Shown: piece after piece, positions 51,520 through 64,000 of the stretch
Layout: each line of letters begins with the position of its first letter
Position numbering within the stretch: the stretch's first letter is position 1
NCBI GenBank assembly: GCA_903813345.2
Contig: CAIIXF020000001.1
Coordinates: 38,006,001 to 38,070,000, forward strand
DNA: 64,000 bases
Source of the DNA: Owenia fusiformis
Taxonomy: Eukaryota
Reading direction: 5' to 3'
The notes under the pieces: model-generated
What the model saw: the letters and a program-made list of their open reading frames with translations, nothing else
What the model was told of the DNA's origin: nothing
The model's database searches: none
Made by a program: the position numbers and the translations under genes

Positions 51520-54500
51520 GTAAGTGGAATATTTTAAGTATTTGAGCAAGAGAGTTATCATCATTATCAGATAAATTAATAACTAAATATATTTCCATTT
51601 TTAGACTTCAAAGAAGCTCCAATATTTAATCTAGGTTACAGATTTTGATACATTTTGTCCCATATTTCAACCAGTTTCCTTTTGGGAAGAAGATTCTTTT
51701 GGTACCTCCTAAGATCATTTGTAATTACTCATTATATGATAATTTGTTCATTTATCCTCAACTTTTAGTATTTTTAGTTGAGTCTTTGCAAATTGAGCCA
51801 AAAATATTTTTTCTAACCAACCATGTTTAGTATACAACACAGATATACAGTATGACATTTCAACTAAGGCCCAAAATGAAATATTATAAGCTAATACACA
51901 CTCCTATATAAATAACCATTCAAGATGATGACACGAATCCATTGCTTCAATTTGAAAGAATATAACATTGTTAGCCATTCTAGTAAAATAGCATTGTTTA
52001 CATTTTCTGGTAAATAATGGGGCAATTTATATCAATTTATTTTCTGTTGATCAAATATAACTACATCTTATCCCTTGATTATGTAAATACACTGTGCTAG
52101 TAAAATAACAGCACTGATGTAAACGATATCAAGCTACATAATGTAACATTTTTATGATTCCGGTTATTCGAATTGTAATGTTTGGAAAAAAATGGGATGA
52201 ATCAATCAAAATATCTGATTTTTGTTGATACAATTCTATCAACTCATTGTAATTCATATAAGCATGTGTGAACTTTATGATGAAACTGATATTCATTTAA
52301 TTGTACTCGTATATGTAGTTGTACACCGCATGTACAGTTGTGTACTTCTTGCAGATGAAATAGTAATTGTGAGAAAATATCTTTACCTATATTGCATTAT
52401 TGTACATTATACATAATAGTCGAATAGTGTTCTTTCAATAATGAAGCTTGAAATACATGTATTATATGATAAAGACGCAATTTGTGTTTATTATATTTCC
52501 ATTATAACGAAATTAGAGTTTTCAAGTTTTTATTATTAATGATTGGATAAAATGAAGTTAAATTTGAACGTCAGAAAAAATGTCTCTGTAAAATTAATTT
52601 TGTCTTCAAATTGAAAAATACAAAAATTTAAATAACATTTGATTGATATTCAATTATGCTGATCAATAGCCGAATGTTATTGTGAAAGTGTGGCTAGATA
52701 CATCAATTACGACCTGACTGTGTGAATACAAAAATTAATTTTGGATTGCTCTATAATTTTACAAAATATTAAATGGCTTGTAATCATCATTGATGTATTA
52801 ATTATAAACCAATTAAGCTCCCTAAAATAATAACATGCCTTGATTAAACAATGTGTGGTCTTTTAGCAACATCTAAATGAACTCACTGGGATGTTGTCGA
52901 GAGACTATTTTAGATTTTTGGTCAGAGACCTTACTTCAAGTGTTTTATTAAAAAAAGTCGCAATCCTGAAATAAACAATATGTAACTTTTTGGGAAAGAA
53001 TATATCACTACGGCTATACATAATCTAAAGAGCAAAAAAACAAAAGCTATTGGTATTAAATTCTACTAAGTCTGTTAATGGTGCTAATTTGGTAATTTTC
53101 CATTTATCTTATGTATCAAGTCTACCCTTGTTTTTTCAGAATATTATTAGTTTTTGCAACTTGTTAGAAATTAAAAATGATAAAAATTGAATTAAACAAA
53201 TTGAGGAATTAAAACAGAAATAGAGTTAATATTTGTATCATGACCAATACAATACACAATACATGACATGCTAATCCCAACCTTTGGTTTATTTCTTAGA
53301 TTTTATATCCTGTCATGCAGTGTTTAGTTGAAGAAATCACTCTTGTGTTTACTCTTTCTTAATTTCTATAGACTAAAGATCACGTTTCTTGACCCTTATT
53401 AATAAAATTGATGATTAATTACCATTTGTAGAATACAGTAAATCAATTTAAGTTTCCCGTATTGAATACTTAGATTTTAATTGGCTTTAATAGGCTATTG
53501 GGGCTCGACAAATAAATCATAGCAATGCCTTGTAGAAATAATCAATAATGGTGACTTTGGTGTTATATTCTCTCAAATTCTACATTCTTTATGGAACCAT
53601 TGTCTCTCAAAGAAGACACAATTCATAGTCTCTGATGTTTTGACAGTTTCTAGTAATCTTTCTTGAATATTTAATATCCTTGCACAGTTGCTGGGTATTT
53701 TACTTTTAATTCTCATCATTAATTGTGTATGAAAATGATTTGCAGAATTTCGCAGCAGATTAACTTATTCTACTTCTTGTTAAAAGAGACAAAGGTATTA
53801 ATTTGTTTAAACTCAATACTCCTATTAGGGGAGGTCATTGGTGGTAATATTCCATACTCCATATTGTGACCTATTGATTCCATGTTTTTTCCATATTTCA
53901 TTCTCCCAATATAATAAATATTCCAATATTTCAATATACAATGTACTCCCCCCCCCTTCCCGATTATGTTGTTGGAAGACTTGAAGGTTTGAGAGGTCAA
54001 TTAACGTGAAAGAAAGTTCAACTAAAATGGTTTGATTAGATTAAATAGGTCAGTAAGCAGTAATCAATCTCATTGCAAACGCGAGATGCACCTTGAATAT
54101 AAAACAAATCAAATGAGTTGCCCATAAGGATGTTATAGCTTTTTCGCTCATGTAGGCTTTGGATGCTTTTATTTGAATTGACAGCAATTGAGGATAATTT
54201 CATTTTAACATATTGAAATATATCATTTTTGCTCTAAATTTTTCCAATTTTGTCTCTAAAATAATCATCATCTTTAGCATGTAATGAAGGTCTTTGTATT
54301 ATGTTTATGTTTTCTTTGTTTTATAATAAACTAATAATTATTATATGTAATGGGTTCAATAGTTAGTGAATAAGGCATAAACTTCAGATGAACTTTTGTT
54401 CTTCACGATATGATCATTTTTTATTTTCATAATTTGGATGTAATAATGTAATGAGGTATGTTATATGCCTTTGGAAATTTCTAGATTTTTTGTTAAAGGG

Positions 54501-56641
54501 ACTTGTAACTTCTAAATTATTTCTCAAATTTCCTAATGTTTGCTTAGACATATGTGTAGAATTGCAAATGCAACCTGACTCAAAACTCCTTATAGGGGAG
54601 AAATTTTGATGTTGGAAATACCCCCAAGGTGACTTCCGTGACATGTCTTGGGAGTTCTTCACTTCCTTTTTGCCACAAATATGTGTCAGCAAGAAAATCA
54701 TCTAAGCATTTCCGAACGAATGGTTCATGAGATGCCAGAATCATCAATAGAATTCATCACTTTTGTTAAAAATGGTCTGCAGATCTGCACTTTTCGTTCC
54801 CGAAATGAATCTGTTTTCGTAACTAGTTTGAAGAGTTCCACTTGTGGCTGTAACTTCATGTTGATAGTTTTAATTTCCCCAAAATATATATCCATTACTC
54901 CATCATTTTTTTATTATTCTTTAGCCCATTTGGCCAAATGTAATTGAAATATGTCCCTTTTATTTACAAGGTACATGTTTATAAAGCCAGTAATTCTAGA
55001 AGTCAGCAGATAATACCCCGAAGCATCATCAGGATACTGGGTAGAATTAATTATATGTAACTTACACCACAAATCTGAAGAAATGGATTTGAAACTCGAG
55101 GAATCTTGTCTTGGCCCTATTATGCTGCAAGAGAGACTGTAGTTTTCAAGGCCTGACTACTCATGCATGAGAAATATAAATAACAGTAAAATCTGTCTTT
55201 GTAAACAAAACTTTCTCATGTATACCTGTATTTTAAGTGGACACCCTTCCTCCGTATAAATTACCCTTTCTGTTGTGAACACCTACTAAGTAGTGGTTCA
55301 CCCAAGTGACCATTTTTTCTTGGCCAAATATGTTCAATATTCACAGGTTTTACTGGATTAATTTCAATATGCTCAGCATAATAATACAGACTATAGCAAG
55401 TAAATAAATAAATATCACATAATATAATTTTTAAATGGAAAATTAGTCCGAAAATGGGGTTTAATTTGGAAAGTTGTCTAAACAGGTTCAAGAGAGCTCA
55501 TTTGAGAAACCATAAGAGTCTGATTAATTATTTGAAATAAAAGTTGTTTTGTACGAATGGTTTATTCAGTTATTCCATGTCTGTATTAAGTTTGAAAGGC
55601 ATTCTGACTTGTTTGATGTGATCAATATCAAAAGAGGACTTATTCTCTTATGATTGCATGTGTTTTATAATTTATTTGGAGAACATTATTTGTAGAAATT
55701 TGAAGAAAATACATTCGATATATTCAAAAATGTAGAGATTTAAGATAATTATGAAGAAGTTAAACATATCTGTTTTTTAATTTCTAAATTATCTTACATT
55801 TAGGATTACAAATATTTTAATCGTGTCTCTGAGTCTACCTTTAATAAAGTATATTCCACTGTATTTTTGGCTCATTTATGTAATATTTTGTTGATTGCTA
55901 TCATGAATGTTAGACTCCTATAGTATGCATGCTATATGAGAACAAGGCTATTGGATCAGAAAGTGAGCCTCCCTGTCAACTCTGCATAGTACAATGATAG
56001 ATAGCCACCTAGATTACTCACAGATTTTTTCATCATCAATTATCACATCTTAAAATTCAATTAATCTTAGCAACACGCCTAATGAATACACGGTTTCTAT
56101 ACAGAGGTACAAGATAATATGGCTTCTAGCTTAGTGTGTACCTTAAAGGTGAAATGTCTTGATACCATCAATTGACAAAATAATTGCCAAAACATAATAG
56201 TTTATAGTTCGGTGTACAAAATATTTGAGCAATTGCAAAACTTTTCGAACATATCTCTTTTAGGTAAACTGAAAAAGTTCTTTTGCCAATTAAGACATAA
56301 ATACATCAAGAAATCAAACATTTTATATATTTCTGAATTTAAATGTTTTTTTATGGAATGTACCCCAAAGTACTATGTAGGTGTATAATGAGTTAACAGG
56401 TCAACTTGAATATAAGAATTGCACTAAACATAGTTTTCTCTAAAGGGAATGTTTGAAAAAATTCACTCTTAAACATTTTTATAACAATTGGATAGAATTT
56501 AATGTAAGTTGTAAAATATTGCATTCACCTCAGAATTCTGTCATAAAATGCTTTAAATTAATGCTAATAAACAACACAGATATGATATGAAATGATTACA
56601 AAGTATAACTAAGAGAGGAGAGAAAATTACATCACACATTG

Positions 56642-56869
56642 CAGGGCTCTCACCAGGAAATTTTTAGGGTGTGGTGCTAACATCTTCAGAATAACTGTTC
56701 ATTCTTGATAAATCATATTTATGTTATGTTTTATCCTTTTTACATGCTATTATTGTATATTCAGTCAAGTTTAGACTGTGGACACAGTCATGATTTGCCA
56801 ATAGGGTGTGGAGGGAGCTAAATAGAGTGTGGTGCTGCGCCACAGTCTAAAAGCCTGGCGAGAGCCCTG
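56642..56869. mobile_element. MITE with CAG termini and 5-bp TSD (hAT5-like)
   Basis: cagggctctcaccagg / cctggcgagagccctg; CATTG on both sides. Confidence 0.75.
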
Positions 56870-57120
56870 CATTGACACAATTATATTGATAAATCATGAA
56901 TTAGATGAAGTTAATCTGTGTAAACAAGGATGCAACTAGACAATATAAATAGCCAACTTGACAAATAAACAAGCAATTGAAATGAAAATACAGACACAAA
57001 CTTAGTAAATATATACATATACATGATATCATGTATAATGTAATATGCAGAATTTCAGTTGTTGCATACTGGTTTGATTTTATGATAGGATCACTGCATG
57101 TCACTGCTCCATTAAATGGA

Positions 57121-57171
57121 TGATATGATATGATATGATATGATATGATATGTTACGATATGATATGATAT
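57121..57171. repeat. (ATATG)n microsatellite
   Basis: Direct reading of the sequence. Confidence 0.9.
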
Positions 57172-57480
57172 TCTTAACTAAATATGAAGCTACTTATATA
57201 CAGAAACATGGTGTTGTACCTTTCTGACTGCTGCAAATTCTGTTTGGATAAAGGGTTAAGTTAAAGAAGTATCTGTAAATTAAAGAGTTAGACAAGAAGG
57301 TTGATTCATAGACTCCAGGTCTAACTACACATAGCATGAGGCATGTGATGCAACAGCATCACCAACTCTTTTAATTCGGTCAACTTCGCTTCTTTTAAGA
57401 GAGCTTCATCACAAAAAAAGAATTTTTTATCATATTTATTGGAACTGTGAATATTGGTACTATAACATCCTCATTGGCTT

Positions 57481-57592
57481 TTGTTTTGCCTCACATATTT
57501 GAATTTGCCTCACCTATTTGAATTTGCCTCACCTATTTGAATTTGCCTCACTTATTTGAATTTGCCTCACCTATTTGAATTTGCCTCACCTA
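57481..57592. repeat. 19-bp minisatellite
   Basis: tttgaatttgcctcaccta, about 5-6 copies. Confidence 0.85.
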
Positions 57593-59929
57593 TATTATCT
57601 GATTCTGGCTATGCCTCATGGAGAGACCAAAAGCTGCAGCTTACAATGCAACTACCTGTTGTTGGTCATTGTAGTAGCAGTTTATGCAGGTATTCTCAGA
57701 TTCTACAATTTAACATGTGGCAGATTTGGTTAACATCATGATAAATTGGTCCTCTTTACAAACTCCCTTACAAACCTCTATAAGTTTCACCCATAATTCT
57801 TTTGTTTTCATTCATAATATTTGGACAACTTTCCAACATTTTGCAAAGTTAAGATTTCCTTTTATTGCCACCTGGCATTTGTAGGAATAAGAGGAATACT
57901 CTTTTAGATTATGAGAACACATATGGTGCATAGTTTGAAGGGGTTACATTTACCTATACATTAATATAAATAGGCCTTCTTGAAGTTACCTAGAGTGCTT
58001 TGTGTGTTTTCTCTATGACAAATGTCTTGTAAGTCATGTAGAATTTGTTTAACTGATAACACTTTAGCAGGAACCTACCAATAAGCTTCAGAACATTTTT
58101 TGAATAGTTTTAATTTTCATCTCGTCTGGACTTATGTGTTTTTCTCAAAAATCAGATATTGTTTGATTTTCCCACTGATCTGCTTTTCTTGAAAGATAGA
58201 CAATAATCAATACAAACATTTATATTTTAGAAAAATATTATGAAGTTTTGTGTAAGTGTGGTAGCCCTTTAGTTTGAGGATTGTGACCATATTCTGAGAT
58301 ATTCTCTATAATTCAAGTATTGCCTGGTATCTAATGAGGGCCACTTCACTGTAATATTTTACTGGCATTTTTCTGAGAATTTTCTTACGTGACTAAGATT
58401 ATAAATTAGACAAAATTGTACAAATCATAGAAAATTGAAAAAAAGAAAATGTAGACAAAACATGCTTGTACTCAAACAAAAATCCGGAATGAATATTTCA
58501 CTTTTCTTTGAGGTATAACTACAATCTTTACACAGCAATTAAATATGGGATTTGGGGTAATATTAATAGAGAATCATAACCACACAAAAACCAAAATAAA
58601 CTCACAATAAACAATAAAGCTAACCAGCTAAACCACCTAGGAGCACAATAGATATAAAGCACATCTTCAATACACCCAAATGGGGGTAGGACCAAATAAA
58701 AAAATTTGAGAAATGTGTTTACGAATTTTTAAAGGAAATGTATTTTTAATGATTTTAACCCACTGTTTGTATGTATTTTAGTCTCTTTGGATGCACACTA
58801 AATTTTAGTAGTGCCGCTGTTGTAAAAGCGTTTTCTCCTAATAAATAAATAAAAAAATTATTGGTGAGATGACGTTAGCTGTCTCATCATTAAGACCCTG
58901 TCTCAATTAATTCTACACTTAATCAATTCCATTCAGTGGGTGGGTGGGTGGGTGGGTGGATGGAACTATTGATATATTTTGATTATTAAAAATCAATCAA
59001 AATAAATTTTACAATTCCTCTTTAGGCGAAGATAAATTTCTACCTTCTGAAAAATCAGTTTTGTTTTTTAAAAAGGATTGGTGGTCCCATAGTTAACAAA
59101 ATGGATTACATAAAGAATTTAGTATGGAGAGTTTGAGAAGATTCTTTTGAAAAACCACATCTGATAAACCCTAACTTTTCAAACTTTACAGAGTAGTTTG
59201 AACTCAATTATCGCTGTGTACATTGTAGTGATTCCCCAGTATTGATGAATACGGCATGAACTTCTGAAAATAGGCATGCACCAATGCAAAAACTGTTTTC
59301 ACCCACTTAAAAATGAAAAAAAACATGAACAATTGAATCAGAATCAGAATTGTGAAAATTATACATGTAATTTTGTTTCTACTTGACAATACAACCTGGG
59401 GAAAACACTTCACTCGCTGTATCATTGATTACAATTAAAAAGCTGGAATATTTGCAACCTGCAATCCTTCATAATATGATACTGCCTTTAAGCACTATTC
59501 AAAATCCCATTTAATATATGATCAATTGATCATTCCACTTGTAATTTCACCATTAATTTACATTTGTGAAAATTGCCATTGATGATTAAGACTAAAGTTC
59601 AGCATGTCCCTTAATGTTCATTATAATCAGACTTTACTAAAATGTCATTCTGGAATAAATGCCCCTTCAAATATTTAATCAACAGCACTTTTTCTAATGG
59701 TTTTCTAAATTAATTCCAAAATGGTAGGCTTTCTGAAAAAATGATGATTAAGCAGAAAATGATTGTATGTAGAGTAAATAGCTAGTTGGTTGTCAAGCAT
59801 GAAGTTTGAACAATATTCCCAAAACATTTCAGAAATGCAGTTATTGTGTCATTTTCCTTGGTGAGAACAAAAGCAAGAAAATATTATCAAACAACCTTAA
59901 ATATTATTTCTTATATCAAGTCTAAAAAG

Positions 59930-60575
59930 CAAGAATGAATGATACTTTATAGAAACTACACATCAATGAATAAGACATATTCTTTACAACAAATACACTT
60001 AAAATGAATAACAAATACTCATATAATAAATAACACATTCTCTGCAACAGATACACTGATAATGAATGACACATTTTCTGCAACAAATACACTGATAATG
60101 AATAATACATTCTTTACAACAAATACACTTAAAATTAATAACAATTACTCATATAATGAATAACACATTCTCTGCAACAGATACACTGATAATGAATAAC
60201 ACATTCTGTGCAACAAATACACTGATAATGAATAACACATTCTCTGCAACAAAGACACTGATAATGAATGACACATTCTCTGCAACAAATACACTGATAA
60301 TGAATGACACATTCTCTGCAACAAATACACTGATAATGAATGACACATTCTCTGCAACAAATACACTGATAATGAATGACACATTCTCTGCAACAAATAC
60401 ACTGATAATGAATAACACATTCTTTGCAACAAATACACTGATAATGAATAACACATTCTCTGCAACAAAGACACTGATAATGAATAACACATTCTTTGCA
60501 ACACATATACTAATTGTGAATAACACATTTTCTACAACAAATATACACATACATACTGTTAATGAATAACACAAA
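59930..60575. repeat. 36-bp minisatellite
   Basis: aatgaataacacattctctgcaacaaatacactgat, about 16 copies with degenerate edges. Confidence 0.92.
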
Positions 60576-60879
60576 TAGAAATACTTCTTATTAACTGGTA
60601 TATTAATCTATTTAATATTATTACACATGTAATTATACCATGGAAATATTTTCAGTGGAAAGATGTATATGATTAATGATAGTTATAAATTCCATCTTGG
60701 AGCTAGTGACTTGTAAATACTATAATTGGTTAAAGTAATTTATCATACTGACTGAATATTTGTAATGGTAATGAATCGGCCACTAAGACCTGAACACTGA
60801 AGGCATATCTTTTTTCAGAAATAATTGATCAGAGTTTGATCTGTTGTTTATGAACAATTGATCAGTGATTTATATGACT

Positions 60880-62700
60880 TGGCAATCATTGGTTGTTATA
60901 TGTATAGCTAGTTTGATGAAAATTGATTAGTATATGACTAGTTTATCGAGCTCATATATGTCTCTTGATAAAAATTGACTGGTACAAGACTAGCTGATTG
61001 AACTCATATATGGCTAGCTTGATGAAAATTGGCTGGTATATGACTAACTGATTGAACTCATATATGGCTATCTTGATGAAAATTGACTGGTATATGACTA
61101 ACTGATTGAACCCATAAATGGCTAGCTTGATGAAAATTGACTGGTATAGGGCTAGCTGTTTAATAATTTACTATAATTGTGCTGGCTGGTTGATCAGTAA
61201 CTATTATGACTGGTATATGTCTAGCTGGTTGAACAGTGAATCAGTATATGGTTTCCATGTTGATCAGTGACTATTATATGGCTGGTTGGTTAGTTAGTGA
61301 CTAGTATATGTCTAGCTGGTTGAACATTGAATCAGTATATGGTTTCCAGGTTGATCAGTAACTATTATATAGGCTGGTTGGTTGATTGGTGACTATTATG
61401 TCTAGCTGGTTGAATGATGAATCATATATGGTTTGCAGGTTGATCAGTGACTATTATATGGCTGGTTGATTAATCAGTGACTAGTATATGGCTAGCTGGT
61501 TGAACATTGAATCATATATGGCTAGCTGGTTGATCAATGATCAGTGACTATTATATGGCTAGCTGGTTGCACATTGAATCATATATGGCTAGCTGGTTGA
61601 TCAGTGACTATTATATGGCTGGTTGGTTAATCTGTGGCAAGTATATGGCTAGCTGGTTGAACATTGAATCATATATGGCTAGCTGGTTGATCAATGATCA
61701 GTGACTATTATATGGCTAGCTGGTTGCACATTGAATCATATATGGCTAGCTGGTTGATCAGTGACTATTATATGGCTGGTTGGTTAATCTGTGGCAAGTA
61801 TATGGCTAGCTGGTTGAACATTGAATCATATATGGCTAGCTGGTTGATCAATGATCAGTGACTATTATATGGCTAGCTGGTTGCACATTGAATCATATAT
61901 GGCTAGCTGGTTGATGAGTGACTATTATATGGCTGGTTGGTTAATCAGTGACTAGTATATGGCTAGCTGGTTGAACATTGAATCATATATGGCTAGCTGG
62001 TTGATCAGTGACTATTATATGGCTGGTTGGTTAATCAGTGACTAGTATATGGCTAGTATATGGCTAGCTGGTTGAACACTGAATCATATATGACTAGCTG
62101 GTTGATGAGTGACTTTTATATGGCTGGTTGGTTAATCAGTGACTAGTATATGGCTAGCTGGTTGAACACTGAATCATATATGGCTAGCTGGTTGATCAGT
62201 GACTATTATATGGCTCGTTGGTTAATCAGTGACTAGTATATGGCTAGCTGGTTGAACATTGAATCATATATGGCTGATGATCAGTGACTATTATATGGCT
62301 GGTTGGTTAATCAGTGACTACTATATGGCTAGCTGGTTGAACATTGAATCATATATGGCTGATGATCAGTGACTATTATATGGCTGGTTGGTTGATCGGT
62401 GACTAGTATATGGCTAGCTGGTTGAACATTGAATCATATATGACTAGCTGGTTGATCAGTGACTATTATATGGCTGGATGGTTGATCAGTGACTAGTATA
62501 TGGCTAACTGGATGAACATTGAATCATATATGGCTAGCTGGTTGATCAGTGACTATTATCTGGCTGGTTGGTTGATCAGTGACTACTATACAGTATGACT
62601 AACTGGATGAACATTGACTGGTATATGGCTAACCAGATAAATCATTTACTATTATATTGCTGGCTGGTTGATCAGTGACTATTGTATGGCTAGTTGATTG
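60880..62700. repeat. Satellite of ~30-bp monomers with higher-order organisation, preceded by related ~55-bp units
   Basis: Monomers tatatggctagctggttgaacattgaatca, tatatggctagctggttgatcagtgactat and tatatggctggttggttaatcagtgactag alternate. gatgaaaattgactggtatatgact units at ~60915-61150. Confidence 0.92.
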
Positions 62701-64000
62701 ATCATATCAGTGAAATTTTATAGAATTTTAGAATAAAATATAATTACATGTACAAGCACTTTGTATATAAATAGCACATAAGACAAAAGCACTTTGTATA
62801 TAAATAGCACATAAGACAAAACCATTATCTCAGTTAAAATGCTGTTAATCATTGAAACTTATAATGAAAAAGTGTATAATCACAAGGTCTCTGAAGACAT
62901 TGATTCGAGCACCTTGTAATTGCATCTCAGATTGTTAACAGATTTTTAATGCAATTCCATAACCCTGTCAAAATAAAACATTAATTATTGACTCCATTTT
63001 TTATATGTTGAACTAATTCAAAATATTTATACTTTTAGAGCTGTTTATTCTCTTCCTTGGTTATATTTTCATTAATGATCTCTTGATTTTTTATTTTGTT
63101 TCACACAAAAAACATGACATATTTTTTAACTTTGTAAGAGACAGAGATGAATTCTTTCAATGATCTGCTCTCACTTCGACCCTCAATTATGGCCTTAACA
63201 CATTCATAATGATGAAATATGATATCGGGCACAAAAGGCTTAATAAAACAAAGTCAGTCCATAATTAGTGAATACAAATTATTATATTTCTTTATATTCT
63301 ATTTAAAGTGATCTCATTTATGCACTGAATTATTCATAATGAAGTGCTTTACTTGGATCTGTAATGAGGAAAAATGAGTGCGGATTTCCATTTTAAGCTT
63401 GCCCTGCAAACTTGTCGACTAATGATTGTTTTCAACAGCGAGAGAAGAATGAATGAATGTAACAATGTATTGTTTCAAGACCCTCGAGTTGGTATCTCAG
63501 TTACACTTTAATCTCACCTTCTAAGATCATATTTATGTTTTCTCGAAAAACTGATTTCCCTATGGCAGTATTTTCTGATTTTTAATATCATTTGTGTAGA
63601 GTTTACACACAATTTATGTAATGACTGGGATTAGCTATATGTCACTAAATAGGGGCTGAGGCATCCTCTAATTGGGATTAATTTCAATCTTTAATGAATT
63701 AATTACAAGCAATATGTATCAATGAACATGGGGAATGATGAATGCTGCTTACATGGATTCTGCTAAATACAGCACTTAAGGATCATATTTGCCATCAATT
63801 ATAGTTAGTCAAGGATTAAAATTTATACCTAACATTTTCCTGGAATTTTTTTTCAGATTGCATTAATCTATATTTGTGCAAAATACCTATCCAAAAAACT
63901 TTTGAAAACTACTTGAAGTATTTTGATTTAAATTTTGATTTCAAATACTTGTATATAATGTGTATAATGAATTGAAAGGATAAAACTAAATAAAATAAAA

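Noticed and set aside
51600..59900. Scattered 60-99-aa ORFs as continuation of the regulator gene
   Set aside because: AT-rich, intron-like composition; I found no phase-1 exon with a recognisable domain.
60135..60574. Cys-rich (CCRECVIHYQCI)n and other 123-141-aa ORFs
   Set aside because: By-products of a 36-bp minisatellite that is open in several frames; no splice or start context supports a metallothionein-like gene.
61180..62700. CRISPR-like appearance of regularly spaced repeats
   Set aside because: The intervening sequences are themselves repeated, there are no unique spacers or cas genes, and the context is eukaryotic.

Overview
AT-rich, intron-containing eukaryotic DNA. Gene and repeat content suggest an invertebrate animal, possibly lophotrochozoan (inference only). 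I assembled four spliced protein-coding genes by hand from splice sites and frame continuity. (1) ZC2HC1A-like C2HC zinc-finger gene, + strand, 14545-24348, including a candidate 12-nt microexon. (2) A secreted serpin, - strand, 37309-33573. Its reactive-centre loop (RCL) has its own exon, preceded by a decayed duplicate RCL exon and apparently followed by two exons encoding a 10-Cys, Lys/Asn-rich C-terminal extension. (3) An uncharacterised coiled-coil protein with a C-terminal Cys/His (CHORD/BTK/REXO1-like) zinc module, - strand, 42983-40000. (4) The 5' part of a probable transcriptional regulator with SUMO and PxDLS motifs, + strand, 48009-51519 and continuing. The rest is dense with non-autonomous DNA transposons (Tc1/mariner, hAT, hAT5-like, Kolobok-, piggyBac- and MULE-like, Helentron/HINE-like), often nested. 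There is also a 5'-truncated L1/Tx1-type LINE with a TSD, an ~840-bp near-perfect intronic palindrome, and several minisatellites, one with higher-order structure. No CRISPR array, rRNA or tRNA was recognised. The serpin 3' architecture is the most unusual item.
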